64,000 nt of DNA from assembly GCA_964583685.1 (NCBI GenBank), contig CAZOVJ010000002.1, positions 213,862 to 277,861 of the forward strand. The letters are read 5' to 3'. Shown here piece by piece: positions 29,246 to 38,186 of the stretch. This DNA comes from an uncultured Gammaproteobacteria bacterium. GTDB taxonomy: Bacteria; Patescibacteriota; Microgenomatia; UBA8517. Both the position numbers and the translations under genes were made by a program. The notes beneath the pieces were generated by a model that saw nothing but the letters and a program-made list of their open reading frames with translations, ran no database searches and was not told the origin of the DNA. Each line of letters begins with the position of its first letter. The first letter of the stretch is position 1.

Positions 29246-29905
29246 ATGCCGGATATTTTTGTAGCCAAAAAAGAGAAAAAAATTAAGAAAAAATCCGCAC
29301 CCAAGAAAAAGAAAACAAAAGCGGCCAAAAAAATTCCCAAGGCAGGGCAGCATCCCCTGGCGGCCTATGTCGAATTTCCTACTAAGGTAAGTTTCGAAAC
29401 CCAGAAAAAAGAAGAAAAAGTAGTTCTGCTTTTACGCCGCCATCCGATTACTAATTTGCCCTGGATAATAATTGCTCTCTTTATGCTTTTTGCACCCGGA
29501 TTGTTAAGTCTCTTTCCGGTTTTCAGTTTTTTGCCGGCAAGATTTCAGCTCATTGCTGTAATCGGTTGGTATCTGGGATGCACGGCCTTCATATTAGAGA
29601 ATTTTTTAATCTGGTTTTTTAATGTCAATATTATTACCGACGAAAGGATTATTGATATAGATTTTTACAACCTTATTTATAAAGAAGTTTCTGATGCCAA
29701 GATAGATAAGATTCAAGATGTTACCTACAAGATGGGCGGGGTTGTCAGAACTATTTTTAATTACGGAGATGTTTTAGTCCAGACCGCGGCAGAAGTGCCA
29801 AATTTTGATTTTTTGGCAGTTCCAAGACCCAACCGTGTGGCCAAAAGATTACAAGAATTGATAATTGAAGAAGAAAAGGAAAAATTGGAGGGAAGAGTTA
29901 GATGA
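29246..29905 (+). CDS. Membrane protein with bacterial PH domain
   Basis: LLLRRHP, 2 TMs, ITDERIIDID...IQDV...NYGDVLVQTA; TGTTATAAT upstream. Confidence 0.8.
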   Translation: MPDIFVAKKEKKIKKKSAPKKKKTKAAKKIPKAGQHPLAAYVEFPTKVSFETQKKEEKVVLLLRRHPITNLPWIIIALFMLFAPGLLSLFPVFSFLPARFQLIAVIGWYLGCTAFILENFLIWFFNVNIITDERIIDIDFYNLIYKEVSDAKIDKIQDVTYKMGGVVRTIFNYGDVLVQTAAEVPNFDFLAVPRPNRVAKRLQELIIEEEKEKLEGRVR

Positions 29906-30129
29906 TTGATACCTTGCCTATATTAAATATTTCAATTTGGCAGATTGCCAAGATTTTTGTTCTTTTTTGTCTCGGACTTTATTTGGTTTTTGCCTATGTT
30001 ATTATTCGGCAGGTTCAACTGATGATTAACACTTTGGAAATGGGCTCTGAAGATTTAATTAAAACACTTGCCCTTACTCATTTCTTTTTTGCCCTGGGAG
30101 TATTTATTCTTGCTCTGATAATACTGTGA
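29902..30129 (+). CDS. Small membrane protein (DUF5657-like)
   Basis: LYLVFAYVIIRQVQLMINTL; 2 TMs. Confidence 0.6.
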   Translation: MIDTLPILNISIWQIAKIFVLFCLGLYLVFAYVIIRQVQLMINTLEMGSEDLIKTLALTHFFFALGVFILALIIL

Positions 30130-32024
30130 AGTTTATTCTTGCTTCAGCAAAATTAACCGGTAGTCCTGACTCTTCCGGATGGGCCCAGGTCCACGAATAT
30201 GAGCCGGAGGATAAGGAGAAATTGGCCCTCCGAGGAAAACTTTTTGCTGTTATTAGCATGAAGACAGATGTTGAAAAAGACCCAACATCTCAAGAGGGAG
30301 GGATGGATACTGTCATAGCTGGTCGGGAAATTCTGGCCCGGCTCCACGAGGAATATTTCGGTAATACAGAAGCCGGTCCTTTTAATGCTCTTAAGGAGGC
30401 AGTGAACAAGGTAGTCAGTCAATTTTCCGCTCCCAAAAGCAAAATAGGAATTGGAGCAGTTGTTTATTTGGAAGATGCACTTTATGTGGTTGTTGTCGGA
30501 GGGGTTCAGGCATGGCTTTTAAGGGGTGGAATGTTGGCCAAGATACTTGAAAGTAAGGGGGAAAAGGCTGTTTGCGCCTCTGGCTATCCTCAAGCTAAAG
30601 ATGTTTTCCTTTTAGGAACAAAGGTCTTTTTTGAGATACTCACAGAGGGAATTATTAAGGCTGCCCTAGAAGCCCCGACTCCGGCAGCAAGCATGGAAAT
30701 TCTCAGTCCAATTGTTCATTCTGAGGATAATTTGGGAGCCTTGGGTGCTGGGGTGATTAAGTTTGAGAAGTCAGATACAGGCCAAGTTTTAAGGTTGGCC
30801 CAAGAGAAACGGATGTCTTTCAAAAAGAGATATCCTTATTTTGTTAAAAACCTGAAGCGATTTATCAGGGTTTTACCGGAAAGAAAAATTTTTATCAAGC
30901 CTGATGCTCGGACTCTTGAGATGGAGCAAAAAAGAAAAACAGCGGTTTCTGTCGGGCTGATTTTACTTTTCCTTTTGGCAATAAGCATATTTTTGGGAGT
31001 AAGACAGAGAAGGATTAAGCAGGAGAAAGCTAGATACGAATCAAAACTGAGCCAGGCACAACATGAATTTACCGAGGCTCAGTCCTTGGTTTCTTTAAAT
31101 CCAGGCCGGGCGCGAGAGTTGTTAATTAGTGCCAGAGAAATTACCTTGGCTTTAAAAGAGGAAGGTATAAAAGATGCCAACTTGGATCTTCTCTTGAGGG
31201 ATATTGGCGCCAACATGGCCCAAATCACCGGAATTTACCAGGTCGAGCCGGATCTTTTTCTTGACCTTTCTATTTTAAGTAAAGGTTTGAAGGGAGACGA
31301 TTTGGTTTTGTCAAAAGAGAAGATGTTAATTTTAGACCAGGAAGGAGAAAGGCTAGTTGGTGTTCAGATAAACAACAAACGGACAGAGGTTCTTGCCGGG
31401 CCCGATCTTTTATCAAAACCCTTGTTTGCCTTGGTCTATTCGGATCGTAATTTCGTGGTTTCCGAGAAAGGGGTTTGGGAAGTGAACGAAGAAGCAAGGC
31501 TTTTACTCGAAGCCGATTGGCAAGGAGAGATTCTCCCCTATATTTATGGCGGAAATGTTTATGTCTTGGACAAGCAAAAATCTCTTATCTGGCGCTATCC
31601 CGGTCTTACTCAAGCAGCTGGTGGAGGCTTTGCCGCTAAACAAAATTGGCTTGGCCCGGGTGTCAAGCCTGATTTGAGTGACGTTCTCTCTTGGACAATA
31701 GATGGCTCTATTTGGATTTTAAACAGAGGTGGTAGGATTATGAAGTTTTCCCACGGCAAACAGGACTCCTTTTCTGTTTCTGGTTTGGGAACCTCTTTAA
31801 TTAGTGTTCTCGATATCTATACCAACGAGGAATTATCTGCTATCTATCTATTAGATCCGGAAAATTCTCGAATAGTTGTTTTTAGTAAGGATGGTCAATT
31901 TAGAGCCGAATATGTTAACGACAAGATTCATGAGGCAAAACAGCTGGTGGTTTCTGAGAAAGATAAAAAAATAATCATCTTAGAAGATTCAAAACTTTAC
32001 TCTATTAAAGTGGAACATTTGTAA
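30126..32024 (+). CDS. Membrane protein with degenerate PP2C-like N-domain and C-terminal beta-propeller
   Basis: RGKLFAVI...EEYF; TM; coiled coil; YGGNVYVLD, IDGSIWIL, IYLLDPENSRIVVF. Confidence 0.65.
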   Translation: MKFILASAKLTGSPDSSGWAQVHEYEPEDKEKLALRGKLFAVISMKTDVEKDPTSQEGGMDTVIAGREILARLHEEYFGNTEAGPFNALKEAVNKVVSQFSAPKSKIGIGAVVYLEDALYVVVVGGVQAWLLRGGMLAKILESKGEKAVCASGYPQAKDVFLLGTKVFFEILTEGIIKAALEAPTPAASMEILSPIVHSEDNLGALGAGVIKFEKSDTGQVLRLAQEKRMSFKKRYPYFVKNLKRFIRVLPERKIFIKPDARTLEMEQKRKTAVSVGLILLFLLAISIFLGVRQRRIKQEKARYESKLSQAQHEFTEAQSLVSLNPGRARELLISAREITLALKEEGIKDANLDLLLRDIGANMAQITGIYQVEPDLFLDLSILSKGLKGDDLVLSKEKMLILDQEGERLVGVQINNKRTEVLAGPDLLSKPLFALVYSDRNFVVSEKGVWEVNEEARLLLEADWQGEILPYIYGGNVYVLDKQKSLIWRYPGLTQAAGGGFAAKQNWLGPGVKPDLSDVLSWTIDGSIWILNRGGRIMKFSHGKQDSFSVSGLGTSLISVLDIYTNEELSAIYLLDPENSRIVVFSKDGQFRAEYVNDKIHEAKQLVVSEKDKKIIILEDSKLYSIKVEHL

Positions 32025-32038
32025 TAGAATAGTCGATT

Positions 32039-32470
32039 ATGCGAGTGATTAACAAAAGAGCAAGATTTAATTACCGGCTAATAGATGAACTTGAAACAGG
32101 AATAAGTCTTACAGGTAAAGAAGTGAAGGCAGTGAGAGCTGGCCTTGTTGACTTAACCAGTGCTCATGGAAAAATTTTGCGAGGAGAAGTTTATCTAGTG
32201 GGAGCGGTTATCAATGCTTCTCGGGCCCAAAACTACGACCCTTCGCGTAGTAGAAAACTACTTTTGCATAAAAAGGAGATTGTTTCCCTTCAGAACAAAA
32301 TGAAACAAAAAAAGTTGACTCTTGTGCCTACTGCAATGTATACTAGGGGACGTTTAATTAAGTTGAAGCTAGCTTTAGCTAAAATTAAGCGCAAATTCGA
32401 GAAAAAAGAGACAATTAAGAAACGAGATATAGAGAGAGAAATCGAAAAAGAATTAAGGGGACGTCAATAG
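32039..32470 (+). CDS. smpB: SsrA-binding protein
   Basis: NKRARFNY, ETGISLTGKEVKAVR, RSRKLLLHKKEI. Confidence 0.97.
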   Translation: MRVINKRARFNYRLIDELETGISLTGKEVKAVRAGLVDLTSAHGKILRGEVYLVGAVINASRAQNYDPSRSRKLLLHKKEIVSLQNKMKQKKLTLVPTAMYTRGRLIKLKLALAKIKRKFEKKETIKKRDIEREIEKELRGRQ

Positions 32471-32816
32471 GTTTCGACGAAAAGCACCTTTAAAAGATTG
32501 CAAGCAGACTTTGGTCTAGAGTCTTAAAAAAAGGCCGAACAAAACAAGCGTCAACGAAAAAAGTTACGCTCCCCAATACGCAGTAGCTTAATTGGGGTGT
32601 TCACCGACTTGTTTCTCGACCGAGCCGGATGGGCATAAACCAGTCGAGATGTAAGATATAGCATGACTTAAGGCCATATCTTAAGATTTTTAAGTCTTAC
32701 TCTGAATTATCCGGCCAACTGGTAAAATTTAGAGGAAATACTAAAGTTGGCAAAGCTTGTAGAGATTTTTTAAAGAACTTATTCGGACGAGGGTTCGATT
32801 CCCTCCGTCTCCACCA
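32457..32816 (+). ncRNA. ssrA: tmRNA
   Basis: 5' GGGGACG...GGTTTCGAC; 3' GGACGAGGGTTCGATTCCCTCCGTCTCCACCA; tag ORF 32550-32591 (A)VNEKSYAPQYAVA*. Confidence 0.95.
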
Positions 32817-32832
32817 AGAAAAATTATGCCAT

Positions 32833-32856
32833 CCCGCACATTAGTGCGGGTTTTTG
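32833..32856 (+). terminator. Intrinsic terminator after ssrA
   Basis: CCCGCAC-ATTA-GTGCGGG followed by TTTTT. Confidence 0.75.
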
Positions 32857-32872
32857 TGTGCACAATGAGTTT

Positions 32873-33547
32873 ATGGGGTTCTTGGATTTTATTTTTCCAC
32901 GAACTTGTTTAGGCTGTGGTGCTTCTGGCAAATATCTTTGTAGTCAGTGTATCCAAAAAATCAAGAAAGCTCCGGAAATCTGTTCCTACTGTGGTAGTTA
33001 TTCATTTCGGGGTGCGACCCATCAATCTTGTAAAAGACCTTTGGGTTTGGATGGAGCTTTTTCTGCTTGGAATTATGAAGGAGTGATGAGAAAGGCAATT
33101 TTGGCTCTCAAATATAAATTTGCTTCGGAAATTGCCAAGGAGCTGGCAGCAATACTTGCAAATGAGCTCAGGAAAAGGCCGCTTCAATTGACTAAAGCGG
33201 TGCTTGTTCCTATTCCTCTACATAGACAAAGAAAACTTTGGCGAGGCTTTAATCAAACAGAGGAAATCGGAAAACTGGTTGCCGAGAAAATGGGCTGGAA
33301 GTTTGAGAAAAATCTTATCTTAAGACAGGTTGATACCCTACCTCAGGTTCAATTAAAGAAAGAGAAGCGCAAATCGAATGTCCGCGGCGCCTTTTCTCTA
33401 AACCCCACTCACCAATCACCGGTTCTTTTTGATGATGTTTGGACAACTGGTCCAACCCTTAAAGAAGCGGCCAAAGTTTTAAAAACCTGTTTTCGCAGGC
33501 TGGAAAAAGGAACTGGAAAGGTTTGGAGCCTGACTCTGACTCGTTAA
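32873..33547 (+). CDS. comF: ComF family (double zinc ribbon + PRTase)
   Basis: FPRTCLGC, LVPIPL, RGFNQ, FDDVWTTGPT. Confidence 0.9.
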   Translation: MGFLDFIFPRTCLGCGASGKYLCSQCIQKIKKAPEICSYCGSYSFRGATHQSCKRPLGLDGAFSAWNYEGVMRKAILALKYKFASEIAKELAAILANELRKRPLQLTKAVLVPIPLHRQRKLWRGFNQTEEIGKLVAEKMGWKFEKNLILRQVDTLPQVQLKKEKRKSNVRGAFSLNPTHQSPVLFDDVWTTGPTLKEAAKVLKTCFRRLEKGTGKVWSLTLTR

Positions 33548-33550
33548 AGG

Positions 33551-33640
33551 CGGTGAGGGTGGGATTCGAACCCACGGTCCCGATATAATCGGAACACTCG
33601 CTTTCCAGGCGAGCCCGTTCGACCACTCCGGCACCTCACC
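33551..33640 (-). tRNA. tRNA-Ser(GGA)
   Basis: GGTGAGG acceptor; CTCGC-CTGGAAA-GCGAG; long variable arm; GGTTCGAATCC. Confidence 0.95.
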
Positions 33641-33656
33641 ACATTTCGACAAATTC

Positions 33657-34094
33657 TTAAAACGGTCGAGGCTTTTGTCTTTCTAATTTTTTTAAAACCT
33701 CTTTAGCCTGCCTGAGCATTAATTTGTCTCGCTTATTGGCCAATTTTCTTACAGCTTTGCCATATTCTAGCCAGGCACAGTCAGTATATCCAATAACTTC
33801 ACTACCACTTATTTGGACTACTAGATAATAAAGACATCTTTGTGGTACGACTTTGTTGTTAATTTTTACAACCCCACCCGACCGTCCCGCTTCTTCTAAA
33901 ACTTTTACTTCCATTGCTCCCTGTTCGCCCATTGTCCGTATTGCGGTCCGCGCCGTTGACTCTGTTTTTCTTGCTGCTGCTTTGGGAATTTCCCATTTGC
34001 TGTCTTGGTTTTGTTTTACGATGAACCAAACAGTTTTACCCCTGAGTTTTTTGAAAACTATTGGGGCTGATAGTAAGAGTTGTTGGTTTCTCAT
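33657..34094 (-). CDS. Degenerate NUDIX-fold protein
   Basis: WEIPK...ESTARTAIRTMGEQ resembles a degenerate Nudix box; start MRNQQ at 34094 (ORF-track extension overlaps a tRNA). Confidence 0.6.
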   Translation of the reverse strand: MRNQQLLLSAPIVFKKLRGKTVWFIVKQNQDSKWEIPKAAARKTESTARTAIRTMGEQGAMEVKVLEEAGRSGGVVKINNKVVPQRCLYYLVVQISGSEVIGYTDCAWLEYGKAVRKLANKRDKLMLRQAKEVLKKLERQKPRPF

Positions 34095-34104
34095 AAGATT
34101 AAAG

Positions 34105-34188
34105 CGGAGGGTACAGGATTCGAACCTGTGCGGGTTTTCACCCACTGGTTTTCAAGACCAGCGCCTTAGACCACTCGGCCAACCCTCC
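34105..34188 (-). tRNA. tRNA-Ser(TGA)
   Basis: GGAGGGT acceptor; CTGGT-CTTGAAA-ACCAG; variable arm. Confidence 0.95.
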
Positions 34189-34220
34189 AAGGTTCTGGTT
34201 TTTCCACAATAATTATTTTG

Positions 34221-34308
34221 CGGTGGGGACAGGATTCGAACCTGCGCGAGGGGATTAACCCTCAATGGTTTAGCAAACCATCGCCTTAGACCACTCGGCC
34301 ACCCCACC
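34221..34308 (-). tRNA. tRNA-Ser(GCT)
   Basis: ATGGT-TTGCTAA-ACCAT; long variable arm. Confidence 0.95.
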
Positions 34309-34377
34309 AAACAGACTCAATTATAACAGATTTTAGGTTTGGAATGAAGCTTAAAATAAAGTATAATAAAATCCAAG

Positions 34378-34893
34378 ATGGCTGCCAAAGAAGAGACATT
34401 ACCTGTTGCCATCAGAAAAGAGACGGAAAGAGTCTTAATTAGTTGGATGGCACCAGCGAGGCCCTTTAAAAGAAGAAGCCGGGATTTCTATATCACCATA
34501 GTGGCTATTGCCATAGTTTTCGGACTAGTCCTTTTTTTTGTTGAAGGCTGGCTTCCTGTTATTCTTGTTATTTCTCTGGTTTTCCTGGTTTATGTTATGT
34601 CAAGCGTTGAGCCAGAGAGCATAGAGTATAAGATAAGCAATCAGGGAATAAAGGTTGCCGGTAAAAGGACTGATTGGCGAGCGATGACCAGGTTTTGGTT
34701 TAGTAAACGGTTGGGAGTAGACCTTTTGGTGATTGAAACTTGGAAACTGCCGGGAAGGTTAGAGGTTGTTATCAATCCGGAGTTAAAAAAGGAAATTACC
34801 AAGGAGATTTCCAGGTTTTTGCCCCATGAAGAGGTGCCGCCTTCTTTCCTAGATAAAGCCAGTAATTGGTTGAGCAAGAAATTGCCTTCTTAA
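34378..34893 (+). CDS. Conserved CPR membrane protein (2 TM + PH-like domain)
   Basis: SWMAPARPFKRRSRDFY, TM hairpin, YKISNQGIKV. Confidence 0.7.
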   Translation: MAAKEETLPVAIRKETERVLISWMAPARPFKRRSRDFYITIVAIAIVFGLVLFFVEGWLPVILVISLVFLVYVMSSVEPESIEYKISNQGIKVAGKRTDWRAMTRFWFSKRLGVDLLVIETWKLPGRLEVVINPELKKEITKEISRFLPHEEVPPSFLDKASNWLSKKLPS

Positions 34894-34965
34894 GCCCTTG
34901 TAGCTTAACGGATAGAGCATTGGTTTGCGGAACCGAAGATACCAGTTCGATTCTGGTCAAGGGCA
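34894..34965 (+). tRNA. tRNA-Arg(GCG)
   Basis: GCCCTTG/CAAGGGC acceptor; TTGGT-TTGCGGA-ACCGA. Confidence 0.92.
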
Positions 34966-34969
34966 CATT

Positions 34970-35057
34970 GGTGGGGTGCCGGAGTGGCCAAACGGGATGG
35001 TTTCGAAAACCATAGGGAGTAATCCCTTCGCGAGTTCGAATCTCGCCCCCACCGCCA
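34970..35057 (+). tRNA. tRNA-Ser(CGA)
   Basis: ATGGT-TTCGAAA-ACCAT; variable arm; encoded CCA. Confidence 0.95.
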
Positions 35058-35121
35058 CAAACAAGTCAATTTCTTCAGTTTTTCTTCGGGTATATCTGAT
35101 ATAATGGATTAGGCAGAAAAG

Positions 35122-36924
35122 ATGGCTGACCAAATAGAAGAAATTAAAGGCAAAATAGATATCGTTTCTTTGATTGGCGAATATATTGACCTGAAAAAAG
35201 CAGGCAGAAATTATAAAGCTCTCTGTCCTTTTCATTCTGAAAAAACACCTTCCTTTATGGTTTCTCCCGAGCTTCAGATTTTCAAATGTTTCGGTTGTGA
35301 TGCTTCAGGAGACGCGATTGCCTTTTTGCAAAAGTATGAAGGGATGGATTTTCCAGAAGCCTTAAAATTTTTAGCCGATAGAGTGGGTGTTGAACTCAAG
35401 TCTACCTGGCAGAGGGGCAAGTCAGACAAAGAGAAACTTTATCGAATAAATGATCTGGCCTCGAAATTTTATCACTATCTTCTTCTCCAGCATTCAACAG
35501 GTAAGGCAGCCCTAAATTATCTTCTTTCTACCAGGGGATTGAAGATGAAAAGCATTAAAACTTTTGGGCTGGGTTTTGCTCCGGACAGTCCGCGAGCCTT
35601 GATTAAGTTTTTGAAAGAGAAAAAAGGATTTGATTTAAGAGATTTGGAGCAAGCAGGCGTGCTTAGTAGGGGACGAAGAGGTCTTTTAGATAGATTCAGG
35701 GACCGGGTAATTTTCCCTATTTCTGATCATCGAGGCAATGCTATTGCCCTGGCCGGCCGAGTCTTGCCCGAAAGAGAGAAATCCACCAGATGGCCGATAT
35801 CGAAATACATAAATTCACCAGATACCCCTGTTTATCATAAGGGGAAAATGCTCTATGGTCTAAACATTACCCGGAGAGAGATTAAGAAAAAAGAAACTGT
35901 TGTTCTTGTTGAGGGAGAGTTTGATTTAATTTCCTCTTGGCAAGTGGGAGTTAAAAATGTTGTTGCCACCAAAGGCTCAGCTCTAAGTGAAGATCAATCA
36001 AGGTTGTTGTCTCGATTTGCGAGCGAAGCTATATTCGCTTTTGATTCCGATATTGCCGGCAATCTTGCTGCCAGGCGAGCCATTTCCGCTGCTGAAGCGA
36101 TGGGTTTTGACATTAAGGTGGCCAAACTTGGTAAATACAAGGACCCGGATGATGCTGCCAGAGCAGACCCCAGTGGTTACAAAAAATCTCTCAAGTCTAG
36201 CGTTGGTGTTTGGGATTTTCTTATTGATTCGGTCATGGCAAAACATGATTCAAGAACAGGTACAGGCAAGGCAAAGATTAGTCGTGAACTGGTTCCGATC
36301 CTTGCTTCAATTTCAGACAAGATTGTCCAGGCCCACTACTTGAAAGTCTTTGCAGAAAAAATGCAAGTTTCCCCAGCGGTGGTTGCTGACCAGCTAGATA
36401 GAATTTCAAGAAAACAAAAGCAAGAGGAACCAGCATTATATGTTGGTCCAAAAAAGGAAGAAAAGGGTAGGCGTGAGCTTCTTGAAGAAAGGCTGCTAGC
36501 CTTAATTTTCCAGCTGGAGCCCGAATTTCTCTCTAAAAGAGTTTACTCTCAACTGATTTCAACCAATTTGGCTAAAAGGATATTAGAGGAATTTCGAGTC
36601 TATTCAAAAAAATATTCGAAATTTACTCTTTCTTCCTTTTCTCAGAAATTACCCAAAGAATTAGTTGAAGGATTTACAGAAATGATGCTCTTAAACACAG
36701 AGGAGCTAAAAAAGGAAAACAAAGAAGAGTTGCTCAAGGAAATCTCTTTGCTTAAACATGAACTGATGATATTGAATATTAAAGAACAATTGGCCTTAGA
36801 AGGAAAATTGATATCAAAATATGAAGTAGGAGGAGAAAAGAAAAAATTGAAACAGGCAGAGAAGAGGATTTCTAAGCTATCAGAGAAGCTCGCCAATTTG
36901 AAGAAAGGGAAAGCAAAGGTATAA
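35122..36924 (+). CDS. dnaG: DNA primase
   Basis: CPFHSEKTPSF, CFGC, KYINSPDT, VEGEFD, FDSD. Confidence 0.97.
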   Translation: MADQIEEIKGKIDIVSLIGEYIDLKKAGRNYKALCPFHSEKTPSFMVSPELQIFKCFGCDASGDAIAFLQKYEGMDFPEALKFLADRVGVELKSTWQRGKSDKEKLYRINDLASKFYHYLLLQHSTGKAALNYLLSTRGLKMKSIKTFGLGFAPDSPRALIKFLKEKKGFDLRDLEQAGVLSRGRRGLLDRFRDRVIFPISDHRGNAIALAGRVLPEREKSTRWPISKYINSPDTPVYHKGKMLYGLNITRREIKKKETVVLVEGEFDLISSWQVGVKNVVATKGSALSEDQSRLLSRFASEAIFAFDSDIAGNLAARRAISAAEAMGFDIKVAKLGKYKDPDDAARADPSGYKKSLKSSVGVWDFLIDSVMAKHDSRTGTGKAKISRELVPILASISDKIVQAHYLKVFAEKMQVSPAVVADQLDRISRKQKQEEPALYVGPKKEEKGRRELLEERLLALIFQLEPEFLSKRVYSQLISTNLAKRILEEFRVYSKKYSKFTLSSFSQKLPKELVEGFTEMMLLNTEELKKENKEELLKEISLLKHELMILNIKEQLALEGKLISKYEVGGEKKKLKQAEKRISKLSEKLANLKKGKAKV

Positions 36925-36948
36925 TGCAAATAGCAACGAGGAGTTATT

Positions 36949-38028
36949 ATGTTTAGGAAAGCTACCCGAGAACTGATTAAAAAAGGACAGGGACAGGGTT
37001 TTCTGACCCAGGAGGAAATATTGGAGATCTTTTTTGATGCCGAGAAAAGAATTGATGAACTTGACCTTTTATACGAAAAGCTTTTAGGTGAGGGAATAGA
37101 TGTTTTCGAATCGGTTACCCCGGAAGAGGTGGAGGAGAGCGAACAAGTACAAAAGACTTTTGAGAAGGAAATTGTCATACTTTCTCGGTTTGAGAAATCG
37201 GAATCTATTGACCCAGTGCGCCAATATTTGAAAGAAATAGGTCAATATCCTCTTTTGACTGCTGAAGAGGAAATAGAGCTTGCCAAGCGAGTTGAAAAAA
37301 GAGACAAACGGGCTAAGAGTAAATTAACAGAATCGAATTTAAGACTGGTTGTTTCAATTGCCAAAAAATACATTGGTAGGGGTCTTTCTTTTCTTGATCT
37401 TATTCAAGAGGGAAACCAGGGATTAATTCGAGCTGTAGAAAAATATGACTGGAGAAGAGGCTATAAATTTTCAACCTACGCTACCTGGTGGATACGCCAG
37501 GCGATTACTCGAGCAATAGCTGACCAGGCAAGGACAATAAGAATTCCGGTCCATATGGTAGAGACAATCAACAAGCTTTATAAGACCAGTCAGCGACTTA
37601 TGCAGGACTTAGGCCGCGAGCCCACACCAGAGGAAATAGGTAAAGTATTGGAGATAACCGGTGACCGGGTGCGGGAGATTTTCAGGTTTTCTCAAGAGAT
37701 AACCTCTCTTGAGGCCCCGGTGGGTGAGGATAGAGAAAGTCTTTTGGGAGATTTTATTCCAGATGACAGTCGGCCCACTCCGGTTGAGAGAGCATCAGAG
37801 CAGCTTTTAGAAGATAATCTCAAAGAGGTCTTGGAAACTCTTTCTGACCGTGAAGCAAGAGTTTTAAAACTGAGATTTGGTCTAGAAGGAGGCGATTCCA
37901 TGACCTTAGAGCAGGTGGGTAAGGTTTTTGGAGTTACTCGCGAACGCATTCGTCAGATTGAGGCCAAGGCTTTACGCAGATTAAAACACCCAAGTAGAAG
38001 GAAAAAACTCCAAGACTATCTAGATTGA
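36949..38028 (+). CDS. rpoD: Primary sigma factor RpoD/SigA
   Basis: [45 protein letters not shown]. Confidence 0.97.
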   Translation: MFRKATRELIKKGQGQGFLTQEEILEIFFDAEKRIDELDLLYEKLLGEGIDVFESVTPEEVEESEQVQKTFEKEIVILSRFEKSESIDPVRQYLKEIGQYPLLTAEEEIELAKRVEKRDKRAKSKLTESNLRLVVSIAKKYIGRGLSFLDLIQEGNQGLIRAVEKYDWRRGYKFSTYATWWIRQAITRAIADQARTIRIPVHMVETINKLYKTSQRLMQDLGREPTPEEIGKVLEITGDRVREIFRFSQEITSLEAPVGEDRESLLGDFIPDDSRPTPVERASEQLLEDNLKEVLETLSDREARVLKLRFGLEGGDSMTLEQVGKVFGVTRERIRQIEAKALRRLKHPSRRKKLQDYLD

Positions 38029-38114
38029 CTAGGGTTTGAGGCAAGAGTTTGATATAATATGGAGGCTAGAGAACATTTTACATTTTGCACTTTGAATTTT
38101 GAATTGGTTATCAT

Positions 38115-38186
38115 TCCCCGGTAGCTCAATGGTAGAGCGCTCGCCTGTTAAGCGAAGGGTTGCTGGTTCGAGTCCAGCCCGGGGAG
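38115..38186 (+). tRNA. tRNA-Asn(GTT), integration target
   Basis: TCCCCGG/CCGGGGA acceptor; TCGC-CTGTTAA-GCGA; GGTTCGAGTCC. Confidence 0.95.

Noticed and set aside
34095-34145. N-terminal extension of ORF 33657..34145
   Set aside because: It runs through tRNA-Ser(TGA); ATG at 34094 is the plausible start
34105-34188. Selenocysteine or opal suppressor tRNA / genetic code 25
   Set aside because: The anticodon is TGA (reads UCA, Ser), not TCA; core genes such as dnaN and rpoD end in TGA
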